From Octopus sinensis (lineage: Eukaryota): a DNA stretch of 64,000 nucleotides. Position numbers and translations under genes: made by a program. Numbering within the stretch: the stretch's first letter is position 1; each line of letters begins with the position of its first letter. Positions 52,581-64,000 of this stretch are shown here, one piece after another. The stretch covers positions 95,232,001 through 95,296,000 of the forward strand of contig NC_042997.1 in the NCBI RefSeq assembly GCF_006345805.1, in the 5' to 3' direction. The notes beneath the pieces are model-generated. The model had not been told where the DNA came from, made no database searches, and saw only the letters and a list, made by a program, of their open reading frames with translations.

Positions 52581-55500
52581 GTATTTAAATACTATACGCA
52601 CGCACGCTCACACACACACGATAAGCGAAAATTAACCATTGTTTAGATCTATATAGAATTTTGCTTCAGTTATTTCGTCAAATGCAAAATGATGCAATAA
52701 AAAAAATCAATGAATTGTAGTTTTCGTTTATCTATGAAATTTTATAATGTTCTATTACTACATCGTTTATTATAACGAAATCAGACTTCTTAATTTAGGC
52801 TTTTGAGAGTCTGTGCAAACAGTTTCAAAGACATGTTAATTATTGACTAACACTAAAACCTATTGTTAAAATCTTACGTGCCTCGAATCAAAACACTATG
52901 AATTTATTCATATATTTACTACAAGCACTTTTAATCTTCTACTGCACTGCATATTCAAAGTAGATAAAATAATGTGAATTCAATACTTGCTATTAATTTA
53001 CGTACAAACAGAGCAGATTTGAGAGCTGAGAATTAGTCTATAGTAGCAATCTTAGAATTTAAATGGTACGTTTTTAACGATCTCAAAAATAGTACAAAAT
53101 TATCAAAAAAAATTCTCCGTTTTTGATTTGGGCTTAAAATGGAAAGTGCTTGAAGATATAAGAAAATCACTTTAACCGACACTCTCAAGGGTCTAAAGAA
53201 AGACAATTACATGTGAAAGCCAGAATGAATGAAAGAGAAACCCAGTATGAATAAGCAGTATTATTCATGCTTTTTTTACTTCCTGAAATTTTAAAATGGT
53301 ATTGTTTCAATATATTAACAACAATTCAATTTCGTATACAAACACAATATGCTACAAATGCCAAGAAAATATGTTTTATATAAAACAAGGCAAAATTCAT
53401 GAATGAATCAAATCAGTTTCTGATTTTCAAACGTATTTTAAAATAATTGCAAATTTTGAATCTCATGTTACAAATATGAAATCGTGCTTTCAAGAAATGT
53501 GTAAAGATTCGTACCTCATATTGGTATTTTGGAAAATCTCAACGATCCCATATAAAAAGAATATTGCATATACGCATCCGTTCAGTATACTGGATTTATT
53601 TATAATCTATAATGAATTGAGTATTCTGTAGTAGTTCCACCCGTTCAATAGTCTATATCCTTTGTTATAACTACGAAGGTATTAGAATTTTACTAACAGA
53701 ATTGTCGGTTTATAAAAGTATTTATAAAATTCTTTCCTAGCAATTACTGTAATAAATATTTTATGCAATATTGATTCCATTCCCATTTAGAAACTGTTTA
53801 TATTGATATCGCGTTCGAAATGTTACCGATCAATGTTGCATTAGGTGATGAAATGATTTTAAAATCTTTTATCTAAGTATTGTTTTAAGAACTTTCCGGA
53901 ATTTCTCTTGCGTTTTGCTCCTAGTCGTCCTCCAGCTTAGACTCTATATCAGTAAGATTTTCACATATTCTATGAGTTTCTAACTTATTTTTGTCATTAT
54001 TTGAATGCCAATTTTCAAACTCTTTTTTCCCCTCTTTTATTGATTTCTGTTACAAATGTTTCATTTGTACTAAGTATAGAATTACTTGTGATATGGTAAT
54101 GTCACAATAATTTTATAAAGTCACTTTTTAAAATTATTTGATTCCTTGATATTGCTAGATTGTGCAATCTATGAAAAACATAACGCTGTTTTTGGAACAC
54201 ACCAAATTGCACCTTCAAAACTAGCATATACTGGTGTTTAAATCTATGATGTAATTTTGAAAGCAAAATAGTCCTTTTGCTGATATTTAAGCATATTATT
54301 CTCTTCATTAAAGCGGTGACCTTATATACTAGTGACCTTATATACATTTATATACTAGTCTCATATACTTTTTTTCTAGAAAAAACAAAAACGAACGAAA
54401 AATATTGTTTTCTTCATTGATGAAAATTTTATGCACATTGACTTTCAAATCATAGATATAGACGAGCTTAAAACTCTTCTTAAATGATTACTCACTCATA
54501 ACTGCACGCATCAGATGACGGTAGAGAAAGAATTTTCAGAGAGTGGTCTATAGTTGTTATTAGTTCCACACTATTTCAGTTAGATGCCACTAGACCAGAC
54601 ATCTCAATGGAACAAAATATACGGTGTTTACAATAAACAGGCCTGATAGGGAATTATCATGTTTACACGACAGATATACGTGTGTGTATTAATAAGACAA
54701 TTCCTATCTTTGACGACTGAAGAATGGTGAATTAAAGAAATAGCACGATCATATATTTGAGTTTGTACATCTATAAACATCACGTAATCTCATTTTACTT
54801 TCAGTAAGAAATGACACGATTGTTTAGGAAATAGTTAACAATGTCTTAGATTAATTGAATTTTAACATATTTAATACACAAAAGTCTAAAGCCGTTTTAT
54901 AGATAATTATGCAGCCGGAAATCATTATATTAGTTTACTTCTTTCAGCTTTTCTCTTGTGCTGCTTGTATGAAGACTAAATAAATTTGCTAATTAAAATG
55001 TACTTCTTACCCATGTTGTTCATAAGAGACTGGAATATATGATTATCTACAGCTGTACAGATAAAAATAGAAAAGGTTTTGCGTAGAATGCCGACGGAAA
55101 ATATTTTAACTATTATATAGGTTATAATCCCCGCACGGGAAATGTTTTGCATGGGAAATATTTAGCTCGCTCTAGTGAATCCATCACCGCACACAGAAAT
55201 TTTTGTTGAGTAAATGACTAGCTAAATGCAAAACAAGCAATAACTCTTACCAGTTAAAAGTCAGCAAATGTGAAATGAAATTCTATTTGGATTATTTTGA
55301 CAAAGGCAATAGATTGAAAATTATTATTTTTTTCAGGATAGACATTAAGCTTTTTTAGTTCTGAAAATAAAGTTTTAAATGCAACTAATGTTATGCATTC
55401 CAGTGTGGTCCTCTTATTTTACTCTGAAATAAGGAAAATCAATAATAACATGGAAATTGCCTCCTCTGTACTTTGCAACTAGATATTTCACTGGAATAAA

Positions 55501-55635
55501 TGAACGAAAATTTTACGTACATATGCATTAAACTGAATTCGTTTTCTACAAATAATGAGTATTATCATACGAATTCGACGGAGTGTATCTTCCGCTACAT
55601 GCATCAATTTGAACCAAATGATTTGTTACATATAG

Positions 55636-55859
55636 AGAAATGTTTCGCTATATGCAATGGAATATGAAAAAGTTGCTTTATTCAATACGTTTCATCCTGG
55701 CGGATAAATATGTTGACCCGAATATTTTGGGTTATGGGGGCCAAGAAATAATAACTAATGATGAGACAACTGAATGGTTAAATACACTAGTGTATCCTGT
55801 TGTTGGTCTTGTACTCATCAATGAAAACCGTATTATTTCTGGCCAGTACTATATAAATG
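55636..55859 (+). CDS. Candidate exon, unknown protein
   Basis: Non-repetitive open frame MFRYMQW...DPNILGYGGQEIITNDETTEWLNTLVYPVVGLVLINENRIISGQYYIN ending at a good donor AATG|GTATGT; acceptor uncertain. Confidence 0.3.
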
Positions 55860-57098
55860 GTATGTATTTAATTAGAATTCAACAATACCGATCAATTTTT
55901 CCGATCACTTTTCATTCTAACGCATGTATTAGTAGAAAGTGATCCAATTTGTGAAATCCGCCTTTATAGATCTGCATGTATTTTCTTGAGTCTTAGTAAA
56001 GATAACAACGCACTCACGGGTTAATTAGGGAAACTTCTTATACTGCAATGTTAAAGAAAACAACACACTGTATAAAGTAGCTTTATGGCTTTCCCTATGT
56101 AGAGTGACCATTTACTGAAAAAAGCTAATTAAATTTACCCATTTGCGAATTGTAATTGAGGAATATTGTAGCGTAACAAACTGGATCACCAGATACCTCG
56201 TTGGTTATGGAACGTTGAACTACGTAACGTTCCTAGATTTATGGACTGTTGTCTATTTTGTATTTTGATCTCAAGCTAAGGGATGACTGCCCAAATAGAC
56301 TGGCTTTTCTATAATCGGAAAAGACACTGCAGCCACATCGTGTCTCGTAAACCAATGATTAATTTCCTACGGCTGGAGTTATTGAATTCATTTTGTTTTC
56401 ATTATTGTCTACGTATTTCAAGATTTTATGTTGCACTTGTAATTAATTGTGTGTTAATAATAAAAAAACAAAAAATACTGAACTTTCCATGGCATTGAAT
56501 CGTTTTATCTCTAGGAATACTCAAAGTTACGCAATCTAATTTCTAGAAAGAGAAATAAGAAATCAACTTTGTCAATATTTATAATTGATTATGTTATTGT
56601 TTTATTGTCTTGTTTTCATATAACTCACCAATAATTATTTATCCAGTTTTGCAATAAATAGTTTTTTGGGGTTTTTTTCTTCCGTTCTATTATATTAAAT
56701 TGCGGAGACCGAATAATAAACAAGTAGCTTCAAATTAGACTATAATGAATGATTTCATTATATATGGGGGAAAGCCGGTCACACATAAAAGAGTAACGAT
56801 GTATTACATTCGATTTTATTATATTCCATATACAGTGATATGAGATAGCATAAAAATACCTAATGTAAAATAACATGAACTTTTATAGTTTCAAATATAC
56901 CATAACTGATTTGAAATGATCTCTTAGTAATATACCGTGTAGTCTTTCAGAATATCTAAATATATACCTACATGCATACGTATATATATATATATCTATA
57001 TATATATATATATATAATATATATATATATATATGAGAATTTTTTGGCGTAATAAGTTTAAAAAACAAAGGCTGTATAGATATTAGAGTATTTATAGC

Positions 57099-57154
<56 letters not shown>

Positions 57155-57330
57155 TAAGAAAGTTTGTTTGGTAAAGCACGTGGGTGAATATATAAGAAAA
57201 TAGTAAAGAGTGAAAAAACGACAGAAGGCTTAAATGTCAAAAAATATATATATTTGAGTCAAAATGTCTGTAGAATATTGGAAAAATTTTTTTTCCCTTT
57301 CCTTAAAATGACATAATTAAAAAATTTTTA

Positions 57331-57370
57331 AAGAAATTACCGGTTTCGCGTGTAGCTTTTCAAATTTCTT
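57331..57370 (-). ncRNA. Minimal type I hammerhead, U3:A8 variant
   Basis: aagaaat-TTGAAAA-gc-tacac-gc-GAAAC-CG-GTA-atttctt; 7-bp stem I, palindromic ACCGGT stem III. Confidence 0.65.
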
Positions 57371-57505
57371 GTGACGTTATGTTTATATTGCATGGAATTA
57401 TCGTTGTTTTTATTTCCAGGAGATTTCTAAATAAGGGGAGGTAGTGAGTGATTTTTTCCGGTGTAGGGGAGATAATCGCTTACAAATTTTTTTTCCCTTT
57501 CCTTG

Positions 57506-57940
57506 TTAATTTCTCTGTGTCAGTATGTTCGGATGGTTGAGTCTGGGTTTGTACTTTTCAATGAAGAATGTTTCCTTGTTCAGTCTCCTTTGTGTTGATG
57601 ATCCGAAAGCACATTGGTAAAATGGGAAGATAAAAAATTGTGGCAGTAGTTGCTTTGCGCATTTCTCAATGTGCTCACTAAAAGGTATCATTCTATATTC
57701 TGGGAATGCAATCTGTTGTCGATGCAGTGTGCATCTGCGCCTGAGTGATAGTCCCGTGGAGCCCACGTAGTCTTGGTGGCAGCCCGAGCATTTAATAACA
57801 TAAATTATGTGTTCAGAGGCACAAGTAAAGTTAGATTTGATCTTAAATTTCTGTCCCTCTTTAAAGAAGCATTCTGATCCTTCCAATAGGTTAGGACATG
57901 TTGCACAGTTCGATCTACCACATTTTTTTAACTTTTGCAT
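57506..57940 (-). CDS. PLE GIY-YIG endonuclease domain (open 144-aa fragment)
   Basis: KCGRSNCATCPNLLEG...HIIYVIKCSGCHQDYVGSTGLSLRRRCTLHRQQI...RRLNKETFFIEKYKPRLN: Cys-rich linker, IY/YVG motifs, catalytic R and E. Confidence 0.85.
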   Translation of the reverse strand: MQKLKKCGRSNCATCPNLLEGSECFFKEGQKFKIKSNFTCASEHIIYVIKCSGCHQDYVGSTGLSLRRRCTLHRQQIAFPEYRMIPFSEHIEKCAKQLLPQFFIFPFYQCAFGSSTQRRLNKETFFIEKYKPRLNHPNILTQRN

Positions 57941-58199
57941 CCGTAATTTTAGAAGACAATTTTGCCTTTGTGAGAATCTTTTTAAGTGATTTAGGCTGTT
58001 TGTAGCTTTTAATGATTTGGTGTATGTTTAGAATTTCCGAATATACTGACACAGAGAAATTAACAAGGAAAAGGGAAAAAAAATTTGTAAGCGATTATCT
58101 CCCCTACACCGGAAAAAATCACTCACTACCTCCCCTTATTTAGAAATCTCCTGGAAATAAAAACAACGATACTTCCATGCAATATAAACATAACGTCAC

Positions 58200-58239
58200 A
58201 AGAAATTTGAAAAGCTACACGCGAAACTGGTAATTTCTT
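58200..58239 (+). ncRNA. Minimal type I hammerhead, U3:A8 variant (inverted arm copy)
   Basis: aagaaat-TTGAAAA-gc-tacac-gc-GAAAC-TG-GTA-atttctt. Confidence 0.6.
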
Positions 58240-58374
58240 TAAAAATTTTTTAAATTATGTCATTTTAAGGAAAGGGAAAAAAAATTTTTCCAATATTCTA
58301 CAGACATTTTGACTCAAATATATATATTTTTTAACATTTAAGCCTTCTGTCGTTTTTTCACACTTTACTATTTT

Positions 58375-58444
<70 letters not shown>

Positions 58445-60099
58445 ATATATTATATGCACATATGCACACATAGGCAGAGGCAAAGATGGAAATAAACGTT
58501 TCATGTTTATTTCTACATATATTTGCATGTGTGTACACGCACGATGAAAAAATATGTATTAATAAATGTATTTAGTATTAAATAGTGTATCAAATAAACT
58601 TGCTTCACTAAAAATATTCAATATGTGTGTTTGAGAGTACGTTTGTATGCGAGTATGTTAGTGTATTTATGCGTGAGTGACTGTGTGTAGCTTTTTGTGT
58701 AAGGTATGTATATGATGCATGTGCCTATAAAGTTTTGAAGAGGACTAAAGAAAAGGTGGAATTAATAATGAAGAAATAGGCTATCCATACATTTATTATC
58801 TTTTTAAGACGTGGGGTGTGTAACGTGGCAAGGGGTTAAAGACTTCCTTATGCCACATGCGGGGACATTGTACTTCATTTTATTAGGTGTTCCATATGAC
58901 CTAGGATGCTTTTCAAATTAAAGCTCAGACTCATATGCTAAAAAATTATCAGCGATATACTAAGATTGTTTGATTTCATTTTCCTGGTATTCTTTCTACA
59001 GTTTCCAACTAAGTCAATAGAAGGGCTCTCACATTATCCTGACATGTTTTGAGATTATATATTTCATTTTATACTGAGAAGAAACTGAAATTTGCCTTTA
59101 TAATGACATTTTGTCACTTTCTTATGGATATATGACTCTGTTTTATGCAGAAAGATAACTAAATTTCTAACCTTGACAATACATTGTTCTTGTACCAATT
59201 CCTATGACATCTTATACTATAAGCTGGTTATTAACTTGAATATATATTAAGTAATATCTTTTCTGCAATAAATTAAGACGAATTTAAAAGTTTGGTAAAT
59301 AAATGCAATACTATGTTGGAAATGCACTCCTATTAATTTTTATTTCACAAGCTTTTAAACCTATAACATTATAGCTATAACAGTGGCATTGTTCATCAAT
59401 TGTGTGTGTGTGTGTAAAAAGTTATTATAAAATCAGTTAATTCATACTTCGAGGATTTTTCACCTGTGTCAGCATAGCATTATTTTCTTTGACTTATAGT
59501 TTGTTTTTAATCAAATGACAACGGTATAAAATGTTGATGAATGGCCCTATTAAAATATACACATTCCATTTGCCTTTTTATAATGTCATAGCATATTATA
59601 TAGTCAGAATTATTTTTAAAAAGTCCTATCTAGAAGAATTATTTTTTTAAATGTCCTATCTAGAAGAACTCACACCTGATCGTTATAACACAACATTTGG
59701 CTTGCAATAATATCAATATAAGTGTCAAACAGCCAAACTATTGGACTACATTTTTACATTTCCCTTGTCTCCAAAATAAAACAACTTAATAATTAAGTGC
59801 TTTTGTTCCGAGGTAATTGATTATATGACATTATTACCTCGCTAACGAGTTTACAATCTATTTGTGCTTCAAGTAGTGAAAATATATTATACGTTAGGGA
59901 AATCATCTTTCGAAATGAATAAAATAATGTATGAGAGGAAAATCTAGGGGTGTACAAGTTTTCATATACATGAAAAATTTAAATTGCAGTTTCACTCTGA
60001 ATCTTTGGAAATCTCTAAGACTGTAAAAGGGAGTGAAGCAAGATATAAACAGGTTATTACATTTTCAAAACCAATTAGAAGTTAATGAATCGTTTTTAT

Positions 60100-60274
60100 A
60101 CGAGGTCGTTTACATTATTTACATTTGACGGATATTTTTCCTCGTCCTGTTTGTTGTCAACACAAAGTTTCGGCTGATATACCCTCCAGCCTTCATCAGG
60201 TGTCTTGGGGAAATTTCGAAGTTGGGTTCTTATACCTAAGGTATTTTTCGATGTTGTTGTTGTTGTTGTTATTA

Positions 60275-60348
<74 letters not shown>

Positions 60349-60363
60349 ATTATTATCATTATT

Positions 60364-60415
<52 letters not shown>

Positions 60416-60495
60416 TTATTCACGTCGCTGCCTGGAATCGAACTCGGAATCTTGGGGTTAGCAGCCCGTTCCCTTAACCACTACGCCATATGCCC
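60100..60495 (-). mobile_element. tRNA-Ser-derived SINE-like element with (AAT)n linker and hammerhead-bearing tail
   Basis: Head 60421-60495 with A box TGGCGTAGTGG, anticodon loop CT-GCT-AA and B box GAGTTCGATTCC; (AAT)n about 60252-60420; unique tail containing a HHR. Confidence 0.8.
60159..60204 (-). ncRNA. Minimal type I hammerhead in SINE tail
   Basis: gacac-CTGATGA-a-ggctg-gagggtatat-cagcc-GAAAC-TTT-gtgtt; 5-bp stems I and II. The sister copy has GTT, so G16.2 is probably mutated here. Confidence 0.65.
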
Positions 60496-60496
60496 A

Positions 60497-60660
60497 TGGC
60501 GTATATAATAATATCGAAAAATACTTACCCTGTATTAATTACGGACTAATGAAAGCTGCAGAGTATATCAGTTGAAATGTTGTGTTAACAACAAAGAAGA
60601 TGAGGACAAATATCCGTCAAATGTAAAACATGTACATATTTCCTCATCTCTTAAATATAG
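60497..60660 (+). mobile_element. Inverted, internally deleted copy of the same SINE with a decayed HHR (60546-60586)
   Basis: atggcgta + ataataatatcgaaaaatactta + ctaatgaaagctgcagagtatatcagttgaaatgttgtgttaacaacaaagaagatgaggacaaatatccgtcaaatgtaaa mirrors 60100-60255. Confidence 0.8.
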
Positions 60661-61622
60661 AACTATAAGATCATTTGACTTACTGGGAGAAAAAAAATTG
60701 AAACATGTCTACAGTGTAAAAAAGACACAGAGTTGGATTATTATTATCTATTTCTGTGCTGTAATGTTCATAATGTGACAATACGGCTTCAGGTTTTTCT
60801 ATGAAATCTCACTTTCTGATATGCGATCGAGCTACTATGCGTTTCACAAATATAAATATAAATCGAATAATAAACGAGGATGCACTTCGATATTGTAACC
60901 ATAATCGTTTTTGAAGTTTAATGATTGAAATATTCTGCAACGAAACAATGCAGCAATGATATCAAGGCATCCATTGTGTAAGATATTTTTGCAAAAGAAA
61001 CGATAGGCTGTAGAAGGATATAAATGCATTAATGATGATAGTAGATGAGAGCCTCTCCATTAATCTGGAACCCGAAATTCATAGTAGAATGATGTACGAC
61101 GTAAGCTAGGAGTAAATCGTTATATTCTTTTTATTGCCTGACGAATATTTTACTGACTTGGCAATCAATATATTTTTTTAAATAGGTGTCATAAATATTT
61201 TTATTCTTCGATTTAAGCGAAAACATTGGTTTTATTTCAAAATTATTACCCATATTAATGTCCAATATAATACGTGACAAATATGTCGTGACAAAATTAT
61301 TGAACCATTTAACGTGTGCACAGAAAATATCCACGTAAAATAGTTTACGAGACAGAAAATGAATATAACATACAAAGTTTTAAAAATTGTAAATGACAGT
61401 GAATTCATTTACTGAATTCTGAATAAATATGCCTATATATAAATATATATGTATGTGTGTATGTATGTATATATATATAAATTATAATTTAGAGTATCTA
61501 AGAGATACCATCACGCTGGAAATAGCAGCCAAAACGTGACTCTAAAACCACATTAAATGTTCATACAGAACAAGGGGAGAAGACAGACAAAATATACTAG
61601 CAAAAAAAAAAATTACTGGATA

Positions 61623-61680
61623 ATTCCAGCTCCTGGAATTCTCGCTCTGCGTAAGAAATGCTTTGCCTCATCAGTGGAAT
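61623..61680 (-). ncRNA. Decayed type I hammerhead
   Basis: attcca-CTGATGA-ggcaaagc...gcagagc-GAGAA-ttc-cag-gag-c-tggaat; perfect 6-bp stem I and CUGAUGA, but GAAA and the NUH site are damaged. Confidence 0.4.
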
Positions 61681-61709
61681 ATACACAGCACATAAATACA
61701 GATATATAT

Positions 61710-61773
<64 letters not shown>

Positions 61774-62329
61774 ACATACGAATACTTATATACACGAACG
61801 TATACATACATATATATATGCACGTATGAACACGAACAGTTTAAATTGCCCGCCTAAGTCTCCTCGTGTGATATGGTCTAAAATACCACCGCAGTGAATA
61901 TAATGACGAAATAAATATATAACGATCTTATCTTTATTTATACACACACATGCATGCATATATATTAATAATATATAGGAATGAAGAAAAATATAATATA
62001 ATAATGAAAAAATATATAATATAGTGATGATACAATAAGCAGTGACAAAGAAATATATAAATACTATATAAATATGTAAATACTATAGATAAAAGCGGAC
62101 GTAAACAATTACGAATGAATGACAAAATAAAAAAAAGTATAAAAGGATATATAACGAAATCTACGGAGAAAAATTTTTAAATGATAAAATAAAATAATCT
62201 TAATTTAAGAAGTAAATGTTAGAGCGTAATAATTACGAAAAAATATAACGTTAAAAAATAGCGTAAAACAAATGTAAAAATATATATGTTCAGTCTACCG
62301 TTGTATAACATGGTCATAATTCGGACTAA

Positions 62330-63290
62330 TTTCAAATTAACACCGCAAGGCTCAGCAAAAATATGTACTTTCCCACATACTTGAATGCTTCTTTTAAACT
62401 ATGGCTTAATAAGTATATTATCTTAATAGTAACAATAGTGCAGGAAATAAATAAGTACATTGTGGGGGCTTTACTTTCTTTTATTACCACCCTTTGTTCA
62501 CACTCACCACACTAATATAACTCCCCACATCGAATGGTAAATTAATGTAAACTAAAACGTTCATATTAAATAATACTAGTAGCAGCTTTACGTACGAATT
62601 AAATTTATTTCTTTATTTTAGTGTTGGACGTTATTTATTAAACACTTCAGTTGATGTTTACATTATACTTTCATTTCCTCCTGAGCGTTAAGTAGTCCTG
62701 TTTTCGCCCATAATATCTCCATGAATTTATGGGTACATAACAGACATAAACTATTCCCAATTCTATACGATTTAGTTTTACTTATTATATCCCACTATAA
62801 TTCATATTTAACCTCCAAATGTATTTACTTAATCCTAACGATTTCATTAGTTTCTTATTTTTCAATGAATTCATATGCTGTGCTATTTGTTGTTTAATTT
62901 CATTGGATGTGGACCTAATATACATTCTATCTGGATAACTTTCAGTATCCGTATTATTTATTTCGTTTTTGCATTTCCATATACATTTACTGAAACCACA
63001 TATTTATATACTACATCCATTACATCTACCGTGGTTTTTATCCCTACAATTGCAACGTTTAAGGTCTCCAGCCTTCCTATTAGGATGCTTATTTAATTTA
63101 TCGTAGTAATATTTATTCAACCAATGCTTATTTAATGATGAGATGATGTTCCCTACATTGAATAGGATTGGGAATAGGTTATGCCCATTATGTACCCATG
63201 AATTCATGGAGATATTATGGGCCAAACGGAACTACTTAACGCTCAGGAGGAAAGGAAAATAAAATGTAAGCATAAACTGAAGTCTTTAAT
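62330..63290. mobile_element. Two converging Penelope-like coding fragments
   Basis: Minus strand 63290-62770: NVGNIISSLNK...KRCNCRDKN...MYIRSTSNEIKQQI...GLSKYIW (GIY-YIG region). The plus-strand segment 62643-62770 is a diverged inverted copy of 63160-63290. Confidence 0.7.
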
Positions 63291-63309
63291 TAATAATGGC
63301 CAACCCTAA

Positions 63310-63525
<216 letters not shown>

Positions 63526-63683
63526 AATTGTATGATTGTGTATAGAAGAATATATTAATGAAAGAAATTCCAACCTACTCTAATTTTAGTTTTTGCACTT
63601 TTACTATATAAATAATAGAATATTACATATTTACTGTGATTAAATTAATACCTTCATGCGTTATACAATCATCAAGTTTATAA

Positions 63684-63714
<31 letters not shown>

Positions 63715-63882
63715 GTAGTAATAGTGACAGTTGTGTTCCAGTGTGTGTATGTGTGCGTGTACGCGCGTGTAGGCATGTGTGTATTTTTATGTCTATGTGT
63801 GTATAGTTCCAATAAACACATCCCAAATTCTGACATATCATCTATCATTTTCTCATGTGCTTTTTGTGTCTCGCTGTATCAG

Positions 63883-64000
63883 ACACCTTCACCTGGAGGT
63901 TCCAGCATGGATCTTTGTCGCAGTAAACTGTCATCTGCCATTTTCTACCTTATTTGCAGTGGCCTTATTTGCAGAATCGGTGTTGTGCATTATGATCATC
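63883..64000 (+). CDS. Candidate exon running off the window, possibly encoding a signal peptide
   Basis: Pyrimidine-rich acceptor ending tgtatcag| at 63882; ATG at 63907 in strong Kozak context (agcATGg) gives MDLCRSKLSSAIFYLICSGLICRIGVVHYDH; a second frame is also open and hydrophobic. Confidence 0.4.

Larger units (their letters stand above)
57191..58380 (-). mobile_element. 5'-truncated Penelope-like element with inverted terminal repeat
   Basis: GIY-YIG ORF 57506-57940; arms 57191-57533 and 58036-58380 are near-identical inverted repeats that include the ORF stop; same family as 49690-50925. Confidence 0.95.

Noticed and set aside
53920-54050. Short minus-strand frame ending ...DIESKLEDD-stop
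   Set aside because: About 43 codons, weak acceptor, no homology.
59608-59667. 29-bp direct tandem duplication (similar ones at 37630-37667 and 44725-44790)
   Set aside because: Two-copy slippage duplications; not CRISPR-like, since there are no spacers and the DNA is eukaryotic.
60421-60495. Possible tRNA-Ser gene
   Set aside because: No long variable arm, imperfect acceptor and anticodon stems, and it runs into (AAT)n; it is a SINE head.

Overview
AT-rich, microsatellite-saturated eukaryotic DNA, intergenic or intronic, with no complete protein-coding gene and no prokaryotic features. The SINE families and repeat landscape resemble what I recall from octopus/coleoid cephalopod genomes; that host assignment is an inference. 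Nearly all ORF-track entries are translations of (TA)n/(CA)n/triplet repeats. The interpretable content is mobile DNA: a full-length but disabled R4/Dong-clade non-LTR element sitting in the (TAA)n tail of an older Dong-like copy, a dead mariner, an L1/Tx1 fragment lacking its RT core, a CR1-group 3' fragment, a canonical non-autonomous Helitron, MITE-like foldbacks, about 15 tRNA-derived SINEs of three families, and many Penelope-like (PLE, GIY-YIG) fragments with inverted terminal repeats. The most striking signal is 13 hammerhead-ribozyme (HHR) motifs read by eye. They include intact type I folds, copies with the compensatory U3:A8 core pair, a 1.9-kb palindrome with an outward-facing HHR at each end, and a tRNA-Ser-headed SINE-like element that carries a hammerhead in its tail and a foldback copy at its 5' end. 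Four isolated candidate exons (two encoding signal-peptide-like sequences) are reported at low confidence.
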